Assembly (NCBI GenBank): GCA_031556235.1
Contig: JAVBTH010000001.1
Coordinates: 590,763 to 654,762 of the forward strand
From: Bacilli bacterium
GTDB lineage: Bacteria > Bacillota_I > Bacilli_A > RFN20 > CAG-826
DNA: 64,000 nucleotides
Direction: 5' to 3'
The notes beneath the pieces were generated by a model. The model worked only from the letters and a program-made list of their open reading frames with translations. It did not search any database and had not been told where the DNA came from. Below are positions 34,422 through 42,448 of the stretch, piece after piece. Within the stretch, counting starts at the first letter, position 1, and each line of letters begins with the position of its first letter. A program made the position numbers and the translations under genes.

Positions 34422-35546
34422 ATGAAAAAGTTCAAATTGATGACAATACTTGGCACTAGACCAGAGATCATTCGCTTGTCAGAAACTATAAAAGCTTGCG
34501 ATAAGTACTTTGATCATGTACTTGTGCATACAGGACAAAACTGGGATTATACTCTTAACGAAGTGTTTTTTGAAGACCTTAAATTAAGAGCTCCAGATTA
34601 TTACCTAGATTCGGTTGGTGAAAATCTTGGTCAAACAATGGGAAATATTATTGCGAAATCTTATGAAATTATTGCAAAAGAAAAACCAGATGCCTTACTA
34701 GTTTTAGGAGACACAAATAGTGCTTTAGCGGCGATTGCCGCTAAAAGACTTAAATGTCCAATTTTCCATATGGAAGCTGGCAATAGATGCTGGGACTGGA
34801 ACGTTTCTGAAATGATTAATCGTAAAATTGTTGATCACATTTCTGATATTAATTTGCCATATACTGAGCATTCACGTCGTTATTTGCTTAATGAAGGAAT
34901 TGATGGGAAAACTATTTTCGTGACTGGCTCACCAATGCATGAGGTAATTCTCGCGCACAAGGAAACAATTGAAAAAAGCGATGTTTTAGTTAAACTAGAA
35001 TTAAAGAAAAATAAATATATTCTTGTTTCTTCACATCGTGAAGAAAACATTGATTTAGAAGAAAACTTTATTTCACTTATGACATCGATTAATAATATTG
35101 CGGAAAAATATCAAGTGCCTGTAATATATTCGACCCATCCTAGAACACAAAAATTTATTGAAAAAAGAAAATTTGTTTTCCATCCGCTCGTAAAAAATCT
35201 CAAGCCTTTTGGATTTAATGATTATTGTAAATTGCAAATGAATGCACTCTGCGTGCTTTCTGATAGTGGTACTCTTTCTGAAGAAAGCGCAATGTTAGAT
35301 TTTCCTGCTGTTCTAATTAGAACATCAACAGAAAGACCAGAAGTATTAGATAAAGGAAGTATTGTCATTGGAGGCATTAAATCAATCGATGTTGAACAGG
35401 CGACTGATTTAGCTTTGTCTATGCACAATAATAAAGAACCGTTTGTTTTGGCAAATGATTATAAAGATCTAAATGTGTCTGTTAAAGTTGTTAAGATTAT
35501 TCAAAGCTACGCTCATATTGTTAATAAGACGACATGGTTAAAATAA
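34422..35546 (+). CDS. fnlC: UDP-N-acetylglucosamine 2-epimerase family (FnlC/CapG/WbjD-like)
   Basis: ILGTRPEIIRL; SD GGAGG precedes ATG 34422. Confidence 0.88.
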   Translation: MKKFKLMTILGTRPEIIRLSETIKACDKYFDHVLVHTGQNWDYTLNEVFFEDLKLRAPDYYLDSVGENLGQTMGNIIAKSYEIIAKEKPDALLVLGDTNSALAAIAAKRLKCPIFHMEAGNRCWDWNVSEMINRKIVDHISDINLPYTEHSRRYLLNEGIDGKTIFVTGSPMHEVILAHKETIEKSDVLVKLELKKNKYILVSSHREENIDLEENFISLMTSINNIAEKYQVPVIYSTHPRTQKFIEKRKFVFHPLVKNLKPFGFNDYCKLQMNALCVLSDSGTLSEESAMLDFPAVLIRTSTERPEVLDKGSIVIGGIKSIDVEQATDLALSMHNNKEPFVLANDYKDLNVSVKVVKIIQSYAHIVNKTTWLK

Positions 35547-35574
35547 CGCGGTAATCACCCGCGTTTATTTATTT
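35545..35574 (+). terminator. probable (leaky) intrinsic terminator
   Basis: Stem AACGCGG/CCGCGTT with a 7-nt loop, followed by an interrupted T-run TTTATTTATTT. Confidence 0.55.
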
Positions 35575-35585
35575 AGGTAAAGAAA

Positions 35586-37133
35586 ATGAAAAAAAGGACC
35601 AGAGTAATTACCGCATCAATCCTATTCGCATCTATAAATGCGTTAATTGTTTTTGAATCGCTCTTACCTGGGACTTTATCAACCTTACAGACGCAGTTCA
35701 TTACTAAACCGTTAATCGCGATAACGGAATTCTTTAGACCAAATACTTATAAAGTTATAGAACCTACTAGTATAGAAATTCGTGGCAAAAGCGAAGTGTA
35801 TCTGGGTGAAAAATTAAAATATGATGTCATTTTTGCACCACAAAAGATTACTTATCCTTCGGTAATATGGACTATTGACGACACTTCACTTGCTACGGTT
35901 GATTCGAATGGAACAATCACTGCTTTATCGGTTGGCCAAGTTATATTAACATGCCAATACGCTGGAGATGAAAGCATTAATACTAGTAAAACTATTGATA
36001 TCGTTGATGCCCCAATAGTAATACCAAGTACTTTACAAATCAGCTCTAAAGAATTAACAGTTCTAAAAGGTACATCAACAAAAGTTGATACTTTTGTTGA
36101 TAATGACGAAGAGTTTAACTATACCATTGATTTTTATAGTGAAAATGAAGCAATTGCGACAGTGAATGAATTTGGAATAATAAAGGCGCATAGTTATGGC
36201 GTAGTTGAGATTTCGGCGAGAATTAAAGATTACCCTGAAGTGGTTAGCAACACTATTACTCTTACGGTAGTTGAAGGTGAAGTGGTTAAACCAGCCTCAA
36301 TTGAATTCCTAGTTAGTGAAGACGTTTATGTTGGTAGACAAACTGTTCCAGAAGTGGCAATACTTCCATCAAACGCTACCGATGTAAAATATCGACTTGT
36401 AAGTAGCGATAGTAGCATAGCAAAAATTGATAGAAACAATGGCGTAGTTGGATTAAAATCAGGGACTGTGACAATTTCTGTCATACATAGCTATGATGAA
36501 TCGATTTCTTATAGTAAAACGATAGAGATAAAAGATGTTTTGCCTACAAGTCTAGATGTGAAAATTGTTGGCACAGATACTATTTTTGTCGCAGGAAAAA
36601 CAAAGCAACTAGAGGCTATTTTAACGCCGATTGATGTTACAAATAGAAAGATTATATGGAGTTCTAGTGATGAAAGTATAGCAAAAATTGATAATAATGG
36701 ATTGGTTTTCGTAGTTAAAGAGGGAACAGTAGAAATCACTGCGAAAACTGATGTAGATAATGAAATAAGTATTAATAAAACTTATCAAACACAAAAAGCT
36801 TCCGCTTTAAATGGCGATGAGCAGTCTGTATTTAGAAAATATTTCCGCAAGATTATTGGTCATTTTGGATTATACGCTGCCGACGGGATTGTTACTCTTT
36901 GGTTTTTTAAAGAGATAATAAGCGGGTTGAAAAAACCGATCATTGTTAGTGGAATTTTGGGTTTATCCATGGCGGTGGTAACTGAAGTTTTGCAATTAAT
37001 TCCTGGAGGTAGAGCTTCACAAATCTCCGATATGGCAATCAATTTTAGTGGCTTTTTGCTAGGGATAATTACATTTGTTTGCATTCTTTTATGCCACAAA
37101 AAGCGGACAAATAAAAAGAAAACTAGAGTTTAA
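35586..37133 (+). CDS. VanZ-like membrane protein carrying four Big_2 (bacterial Ig-like) domains
   Basis: N-terminal TM helix with FESLLPG. Four repeats of about 85 aa with the pattern D..ATVD.NG.ITA...G.V.I. C-terminal GHFGLYAADG...EVLQLIPGGRASQISDMAINFSGFLLG is VanZ-like. Confidence 0.75.
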   Translation: MKKRTRVITASILFASINALIVFESLLPGTLSTLQTQFITKPLIAITEFFRPNTYKVIEPTSIEIRGKSEVYLGEKLKYDVIFAPQKITYPSVIWTIDDTSLATVDSNGTITALSVGQVILTCQYAGDESINTSKTIDIVDAPIVIPSTLQISSKELTVLKGTSTKVDTFVDNDEEFNYTIDFYSENEAIATVNEFGIIKAHSYGVVEISARIKDYPEVVSNTITLTVVEGEVVKPASIEFLVSEDVYVGRQTVPEVAILPSNATDVKYRLVSSDSSIAKIDRNNGVVGLKSGTVTISVIHSYDESISYSKTIEIKDVLPTSLDVKIVGTDTIFVAGKTKQLEAILTPIDVTNRKIIWSSSDESIAKIDNNGLVFVVKEGTVEITAKTDVDNEISINKTYQTQKASALNGDEQSVFRKYFRKIIGHFGLYAADGIVTLWFFKEIISGLKKPIIVSGILGLSMAVVTEVLQLIPGGRASQISDMAINFSGFLLGIITFVCILLCHKKRTNKKKTRV

Positions 37134-37962
37134 TCACTTTTTTGAGATAATGACAAACGCCGTTATGCGAATTATCTTTAATTGATAATATTTTTGCTCT
37201 TTTTATCATTTTTTCTCGACCATTTTTCATTGTGACTCCTATGTGTGCGGCATCCAGCATATCTATATCGTTATAGGAATCGCCAAACGCTATTACGTGC
37301 TCATCTTGAATTCCGTGTTGCTTTTGTACTGCTTTCATAGCTTGACTTTTAGAATGATTGGCATTTGTTAATTGAAAATTATAAAAAGGGTTATCAACAG
37401 TTACGCCCCATGTGTAAAAAGAAAAACTAGCGTATTCTTCTTTTTTTAAAATTGTTTCAAAGGCTTCTTTATTCATTTCATTTATCGAAAACGAACACGC
37501 CAGCAACTCATCGTCGCCGAAAGTATCAATAAAATCTCCCATAATGACATTTTCTTCTTTTGGAGAATGGTATTTAATTATAAAATTTGGTGTAGTTTTA
37601 AGGTTGTATATGTAATGTTTTCGATTGCTAATCGCGATAGCATACTCAGTAATATCCTTGACTTCTTTATAAAAGCTGATGAAAGTATTTTTATCTATCA
37701 CCACACTTTCTTCGTGGATTATTTGATCGTTAGTATCTAATGTTACGATAGATGCGCCATTGATGATAGATAAAGGATACTTTAAAATCTTTAGACTTTT
37801 ATAAAATTTGAGTGCACCAGAAAGTGGACGCCCTGTGTTAATAATAATAACATGACCTTTGGAAGCTAATTTTCTTAAGTAACGTTTGCTCATAAAAGAA
37901 ATCTTTGCTTTTTTATTAAGTAAGGTTCCATCTAAATCAAGTGAGATTAAGTATTTATCCAT
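37123..37962 (-). CDS. Cof-type HAD-IIB phosphatase
   Basis: SLDLDGTLL and GDSYNDIDM. SD GGAGTG precedes ATG 37962. Confidence 0.8.
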   Translation of the reverse strand: MDKYLISLDLDGTLLNKKAKISFMSKRYLRKLASKGHVIIINTGRPLSGALKFYKSLKILKYPLSIINGASIVTLDTNDQIIHEESVVIDKNTFISFYKEVKDITEYAIAISNRKHYIYNLKTTPNFIIKYHSPKEENVIMGDFIDTFGDDELLACSFSINEMNKEAFETILKKEEYASFSFYTWGVTVDNPFYNFQLTNANHSKSQAMKAVQKQHGIQDEHVIAFGDSYNDIDMLDAAHIGVTMKNGREKMIKRAKILSIKDNSHNGVCHYLKKVIKL

Positions 37963-38061
37963 TGTAAGAATCACTCCGTTTTGTAATAGTGTTATTATAT
38001 TAAAATTATTTACAATTTTAAGCAAATACTATGTATAATATTTATGTAAGTAGGTGGCACG

Positions 38062-38532
38062 ATGAAAGAAACAGGAACTAAGTTAATTGCTAAGAACGCT
38101 AAAGCGAGTTTTAATTACTTTCTTAGTGATTTTTTAGAATGTGGCATTGAACTTAGAGGGACCGAAATCAAAGCCCTGCGAGTCCATGGAGCATCGATGT
38201 CTGATAGTTATGTTGTTTTTAAAAACGATGAAGCTTTTTTAATCAATATGCATATTGCACCATACGACAAAGGAAATATCTTTAATCATGAGCCGCTTAG
38301 AACAAGAAAACTTTTGTTGCATAAAAAAGAACTTATAAAGCTTGCTCAAAGAGCCAAGGAAAAATGCTTTACGGTTGTTCCGACTAAAATTTATTTTTCT
38401 TCGTCGAGAGTAAAAGTGGAAATCGCATTAGCAAAAGGCAAAAAACTATACGATAAACGCGATAGCGAAAAAGAGCGCGATGACAAGAGAAGCATTGACA
38501 AGGCGATGAAAAATATTAAATTCAGCGATTGA
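38062..38532 (+). CDS. smpB: SsrA-binding protein
   Basis: 156 aa with IAKNAKASFNY...GIELRGTEIKALR. Confidence 0.93.
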   Translation: MKETGTKLIAKNAKASFNYFLSDFLECGIELRGTEIKALRVHGASMSDSYVVFKNDEAFLINMHIAPYDKGNIFNHEPLRTRKLLLHKKELIKLAQRAKEKCFTVVPTKIYFSSSRVKVEIALAKGKKLYDKRDSEKERDDKRSIDKAMKNIKFSD

Positions 38533-38542
38533 TTCGCTGTTT

Positions 38543-39070
38543 TTATTTGGACAAATTAAGTTTTTTAAGTTTGCCGAGAGTAAAATAACATAAAGTAATG
38601 TTAACTATCGCGGTTAGCATTGAAAACAGAATCCTTATTCCCATTTCTGTAAGCACATATGGAGTTGGATAGCCAATTATTAGACCATCTAAATACATTG
38701 CAAGACTATTTGATCCTGTGACAATTAACGCCGTACACATAACTATAATAATAATATTAAATAATTTTAATTCCTTTTTAAACGCGCATGTGAGGAGCCC
38801 GCTGGTGAGACCCCACATTAAAGGAGCAATCATCCAAATGGCAGTAGTTGGACCGGGACCATATTGGAGCATTTGTGTGATGAAACCGACGACTAAACCA
38901 CTTAATCCGCCAATAAGTGGGCCAAACATCATTCCGGTTAATAAAAGTGGTAAACCGTATAGAGTGACTTGAGTTGTTCCAGTTCTTAAGCTTAATTGAT
39001 GGAAGATGATAGAAATATCTGCCATCACGGCGATTAACGCCATTTTTTGTGTAGTTGACCTTGTTTTCAT
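38543..39070 (-). CDS. folT: ECF transporter S component, folate family
   Basis: 175-aa 6-TM protein directly downstream of a THF riboswitch. The ECF module ecfA1A2T is encoded elsewhere in the window. Confidence 0.8.
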   Translation of the reverse strand: MKTRSTTQKMALIAVMADISIIFHQLSLRTGTTQVTLYGLPLLLTGMMFGPLIGGLSGLVVGFITQMLQYGPGPTTAIWMIAPLMWGLTSGLLTCAFKKELKLFNIIIIVMCTALIVTGSNSLAMYLDGLIIGYPTPYVLTEMGIRILFSMLTAIVNITLCYFTLGKLKKLNLSK

Positions 39071-39074
39071 AATA

Positions 39075-39202
39075 AAATGACCTCCTGTATAGAGGTCCGC
39101 TTGTGTTTTACAGCGGACGCACTAGAAAACCGCCACTGAGTGTTCGTCTATGTTCAACTTCCCATAACATAGCACTTAACGCTTTCTAGTTACTCTGCAA
39201 GG
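39075..39202 (-). promoter_or_regulatory. THF (folT-motif) riboswitch with SD-sequestering expression platform
   Basis: The minus-strand RNA is UUGCAGAGUAACUAGAAAGCGUUAAGUGCUAUGUUAUGGGAAGUUGAACAUAGACGAACACUCAGUGGCGGUUUUCUAGUGCGUCCGCUGUAA. It carries the conserved blocks AGAGUA, GCGUUAAGUG, AUGGGA, ACGAA, GCGG and UGCGUCCGCU. Helices are P1 UUGCAG/CUGUAA, P2 CUAGAAA/UUUUCUAG and P3 CUAUGUU/AACAUAG. Confidence 0.88.
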
Positions 39203-39205
39203 ATG

Positions 39206-39233
39206 AGTATAACAAAAGTTGCGGAAAAGTAAA
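39206..39233 (-). promoter_or_regulatory. promoter of the THF riboswitch-folT unit
   Basis: On the minus strand: TTTACT, 16-nt spacer, TGT-TATACT (extended -10). The predicted TSS falls at the P1 stem. Confidence 0.5.
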
Positions 39234-39350
39234 ATATTTTTGCAAAAAAAGTAAAAAAAGAAAAATATGAAAAAAGCGCTTACAGAGCCACTTTTTATTA
39301 CATGCATTATATATATATATAATATAGCCAAAAAAAACCATCATTTTTTC

Positions 39351-39379
39351 TTGACCACTTTCATTTAATGTATTATTAT
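39351..39379 (+). promoter_or_regulatory. strong sigma-A-type promoter of the surface-protein gene
   Basis: TTGACC, 17-nt spacer, TATTAT. This predicts a 5' UTR of about 125 nt. Confidence 0.55.
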
Positions 39380-39511
39380 TACATTAGCCGAAGAGTCGAT
39401 TTTTTTGTGAATCAATTAATTAATGCCAATGTAGCACATTAGTTAAGGAATCGAAACGATCCACGACAAACAAAAAGGTTGATTCAAAATTGGTAACTTA
39501 GGAGGAACATT

Positions 39512-42370
39512 ATGAATAAGTTAACTAAAAAACTAGGAGTACTATTCTTAGGCATGGTAACGGCTTTAGGAATAGGTCTTACCGGGGGAGCGGAAAAGAA
39601 AGGTGTAAAGGCTGAAGAATTAACATCTTCAATTAGTTGTACTGCTGGTACTATTGTCAGCAACACAATGACCTTTAAAACCGCTGATGATGCTTTTACG
39701 ATTGTTCACGCGAAAGGTTCTGACTCGAACTTTGCGTCGTATTCTTCGTGGAGAGTATATACTGCCAACACCGTTACATTTACACCAAACATTGAAATTT
39801 TGAGCATTAAGAAAATCGCAATTACTGCTGACACTGCAGCCTACGCTACAGCGGCACAAAATGGAACGATTAAAGCTGGTGCAAATTCAAGTGCTGGTAC
39901 AGTAACTGGAAAAGGTTCAGTATCTGGCTCAGTTGCCACTATTGATTTGTCTTCAATGGAAAACGTTCAATATGTCAACATTAAACCAAGTGCACAATCA
40001 AGATGGGCAAGTATTGTTATCACATACGAAACCGCAACTGTTGATTTGCAACCTGATGCTGATGCGTTCATGCTTAAAGTTGACGCATTAGTTGGAAAAG
40101 TCACTGTCGACTCAGGTGCAGACATTGCTGCTCTTGAAGAAGAGTATGCTGAATTAGCCGAGGGCGTTCAAGTTTTAGTTGATGCTGCTGATTATGTTGC
40201 TAAAATGGCACAAATCAAAGCTGACTATGCTACTGCTCTTGAATCTGCTGCAGATGAAATCGCTGATGCATTTATGGAACAAGTCGATGCATTAGTCGGA
40301 AACGTCGCTGCTACAGATGGCGAAAAAATTGATGAGTTAGAAACAGTTTATGCTACATACACCGGAACAGTAAAAGACTTAATTGATGGTGCTGGCTATG
40401 TTGCAAAGATGACACAAATCAAAATTGATTATGAAGCAGCCGTTGAAGCTGTTGCTGTTGCAGCTGACCAAGCTAAAGCAGATGAATTTATGGTTAGAGT
40501 CGATGCATTACATGAAAAAGAAATTACTGTTGATGATGCTGCTACAATTACTGGATTAGAAAACGAATACGCATTATTCTCAGAAAGAGTAAAAACTTTT
40601 GTTAATAGCGCTGGCTATGTTGCTAAAATGGTAGAAATCAAAGCTGCTCACAAAGCCGCTGATGATGCTGCAAAACAAGCATTAGCAGATGTCGTAATTG
40701 ACATGATTGCTGAATTACCAGCTGTTGAATTATTAGTACCTGGAGATGCCGCAAAAGTTAAAGAAGCCCGTGCTGCTTATGAAGCACTAGCGGCTGCTGT
40801 TCAAGCATTTGTTACAAATCTTGAAGACTTAGTTGCTGCTGAAGCAAAAATTAAAGAAATTTCTCCTACATACGAAATTGCCTTTACAAATGCCTTATCT
40901 AGCGATGGTAGTACAGGACTTAACTCAACGACATTCCAAACAAAATATCCTTTACCAACAGGACTTAGTTTATCCGCAATTAATGGATACATTTACGAAG
41001 GTAAAGGCTCTACATTAAAGGTTTCTTCTGGTTCGAATAACGGAACGTTTACCTTAGCTGTAGGATCTGACAAATATATTACCTCTGTTGTTGTTACAGC
41101 TTCCAAATATGGTTCTGATACAGGAACAATCAAAGTAAATAGTGGCGCAGCTCAAACTGTACCTGCTACTGTTGGAGAATTAGAGTTTGATATATCTGCT
41201 CAAAAAACAAATTTAGCTAAATTTGACTTTACCGCTAGATCTTATATTCACTCAATCGTAATTGGCTTTGCTACCTTAGTTTCAGAAATTTCTGTTACTG
41301 GCGTAGAAATTACTCCAGCTACATTAGATTTAGATCTTGGTGGTACTGCAACAATTGCTGTTAATGTTTTACCATCAAACGCTACAGATGGTACTTATGC
41401 TTTAGTTTCAGATGATGAAAGTGTTGCTACCGTTACTTCTGCTGGATTAGTTACTGCAGTCGGAATTGGTGAAGCTACCATTACAGCTACAACAAATGAT
41501 GGTGCTAAAACCGCTACATGTGCTGTTAAAGTTCTTGCACCTGCAACAATTAAAAAAGATGTAACTGCCTCATTCCCAGGTGGAGCGGGACTTACATTTG
41601 ATACAGATTTCGCAGGATTGAAATTCCACGTCACATATGGTGAACACGTCTATCGTGCTTATACCGCTGAAAAAGGCGCACAAATGGGTTCTGCTACAAC
41701 TACTGGCGAAATTAAATTTGCAACCAAGATTGCTAGATTTAATCCAGGTGATGTAGAAAGAGTCGCTGTTACTGCTTCACTTTCAAGTGCAACAGGCGTC
41801 GCAACCCTTAAAGTTATGGTTGGCGGAACACAAATTGGTGAAACCGTTAATCTTACAAACACTTCAACTCAATACATATTTGAAGGTGCACAAGTAAGTG
41901 CTGTTAAGAGAGCCTTAGGCGAAGATGCAGGAGCGTTAGAGATTATTACTTCTGGTAATGGTGTCTGCTTCAAATCCTTCTCAGTCTATGGTGCTGCTGA
42001 AGAAATTGCACTCGCACAATCTACTGCAGTTACAGATTTCCTTGCTGAAATGCACTCAGTAGATACATGTGAAGATTTCGAATTAAGCTCATTACTCAGA
42101 GAAATGTATGATGATTTAACTGCTGAAGAACAAGCTTTAGTAGACTTACAAACTTATACAACTGCTACTGGAACTGAAGAAACAATCATGAGCAAACTTG
42201 CATACATGGAGCTTCTTGCTGCACAAGCTGAAGCCGAAGCTGCTGGTTCACAATCATTATTGGATATCGTTAGTTCAGATAACATGACTGCAATTATTGT
42301 CATCGCAGTTCTTGGATTATCAGCTTTACTCGGATACTATATCTTAGAAAAGAAAAAGTTAGTTGCTTAA
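39512..42370 (+). CDS. Ala/Thr-rich repeat-containing cell-surface protein with C-terminal TM anchor
   Basis: 952 aa with SD TAGGAGGAA and a signal peptide. It has helical repeats, one clear Big_2 domain (VTGVEITPATLDLDLGGTATI...ATCAVKV), and a C-terminal hydrophobic helix followed by KKK. Confidence 0.8.
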   Translation: MNKLTKKLGVLFLGMVTALGIGLTGGAEKKGVKAEELTSSISCTAGTIVSNTMTFKTADDAFTIVHAKGSDSNFASYSSWRVYTANTVTFTPNIEILSIKKIAITADTAAYATAAQNGTIKAGANSSAGTVTGKGSVSGSVATIDLSSMENVQYVNIKPSAQSRWASIVITYETATVDLQPDADAFMLKVDALVGKVTVDSGADIAALEEEYAELAEGVQVLVDAADYVAKMAQIKADYATALESAADEIADAFMEQVDALVGNVAATDGEKIDELETVYATYTGTVKDLIDGAGYVAKMTQIKIDYEAAVEAVAVAADQAKADEFMVRVDALHEKEITVDDAATITGLENEYALFSERVKTFVNSAGYVAKMVEIKAAHKAADDAAKQALADVVIDMIAELPAVELLVPGDAAKVKEARAAYEALAAAVQAFVTNLEDLVAAEAKIKEISPTYEIAFTNALSSDGSTGLNSTTFQTKYPLPTGLSLSAINGYIYEGKGSTLKVSSGSNNGTFTLAVGSDKYITSVVVTASKYGSDTGTIKVNSGAAQTVPATVGELEFDISAQKTNLAKFDFTARSYIHSIVIGFATLVSEISVTGVEITPATLDLDLGGTATIAVNVLPSNATDGTYALVSDDESVATVTSAGLVTAVGIGEATITATTNDGAKTATCAVKVLAPATIKKDVTASFPGGAGLTFDTDFAGLKFHVTYGEHVYRAYTAEKGAQMGSATTTGEIKFATKIARFNPGDVERVAVTASLSSATGVATLKVMVGGTQIGETVNLTNTSTQYIFEGAQVSAVKRALGEDAGALEIITSGNGVCFKSFSVYGAAEEIALAQSTAVTDFLAEMHSVDTCEDFELSSLLREMYDDLTAEEQALVDLQTYTTATGTEETIMSKLAYMELLAAQAEAEAAGSQSLLDIVSSDNMTAIIVIAVLGLSALLGYYILEKKKLVA
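40055..40861 (+). repeat. four tandem, diverged ~60-75-codon helical repeats inside the surface-protein gene
   Basis: The peptide pattern (A)DAFM..VDAL.G.V...D...I..LE..Y......V..L.D.AGYVAKM.QIK.DY recurs. The DNA core GCTGGCTATGTTGCNAARATG recurs near 40190, 40390 and 40610. Confidence 0.8.
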
Positions 42371-42385
42371 TTAACTAAAACTAAA

Positions 42386-42412
42386 GTCTAACCGAAAGGT
42401 TAGGCTTTTTTT
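42386..42412 (+). terminator. intrinsic terminator after the surface-protein gene
   Basis: GTCTAACC-GAAA-GGTTAGGC followed by T7. Confidence 0.85.
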
Positions 42413-42419
42413 ATGCATT

Positions 42420-42447
42420 GAAAAACCGTATCAAAGGATACGGTTTA
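42420..42447 (-). terminator. intrinsic terminator after the Mrr-like gene
   Basis: 9-bp stem AACCGTATC/GATACGGTT, followed on the minus strand by T5. Confidence 0.8.
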
Positions 42448-42448
42448 G

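Noticed and set aside
37123-37133. 11-nt overlap between the convergent 3' ends of the VanZ-Big_2 gene and the Cof phosphatase gene.
   Set aside because: This is a real feature of the sequence, but convergent overlaps of this size are common in compact genomes. I see no associated structure or regulatory signal.
38533-39070. Looked for tmRNA (ssrA) next to smpB.
   Set aside because: The region downstream of smpB is fully occupied by the convergent folT gene, and there is no tRNA-Ala-like acceptor or T-arm sequence.
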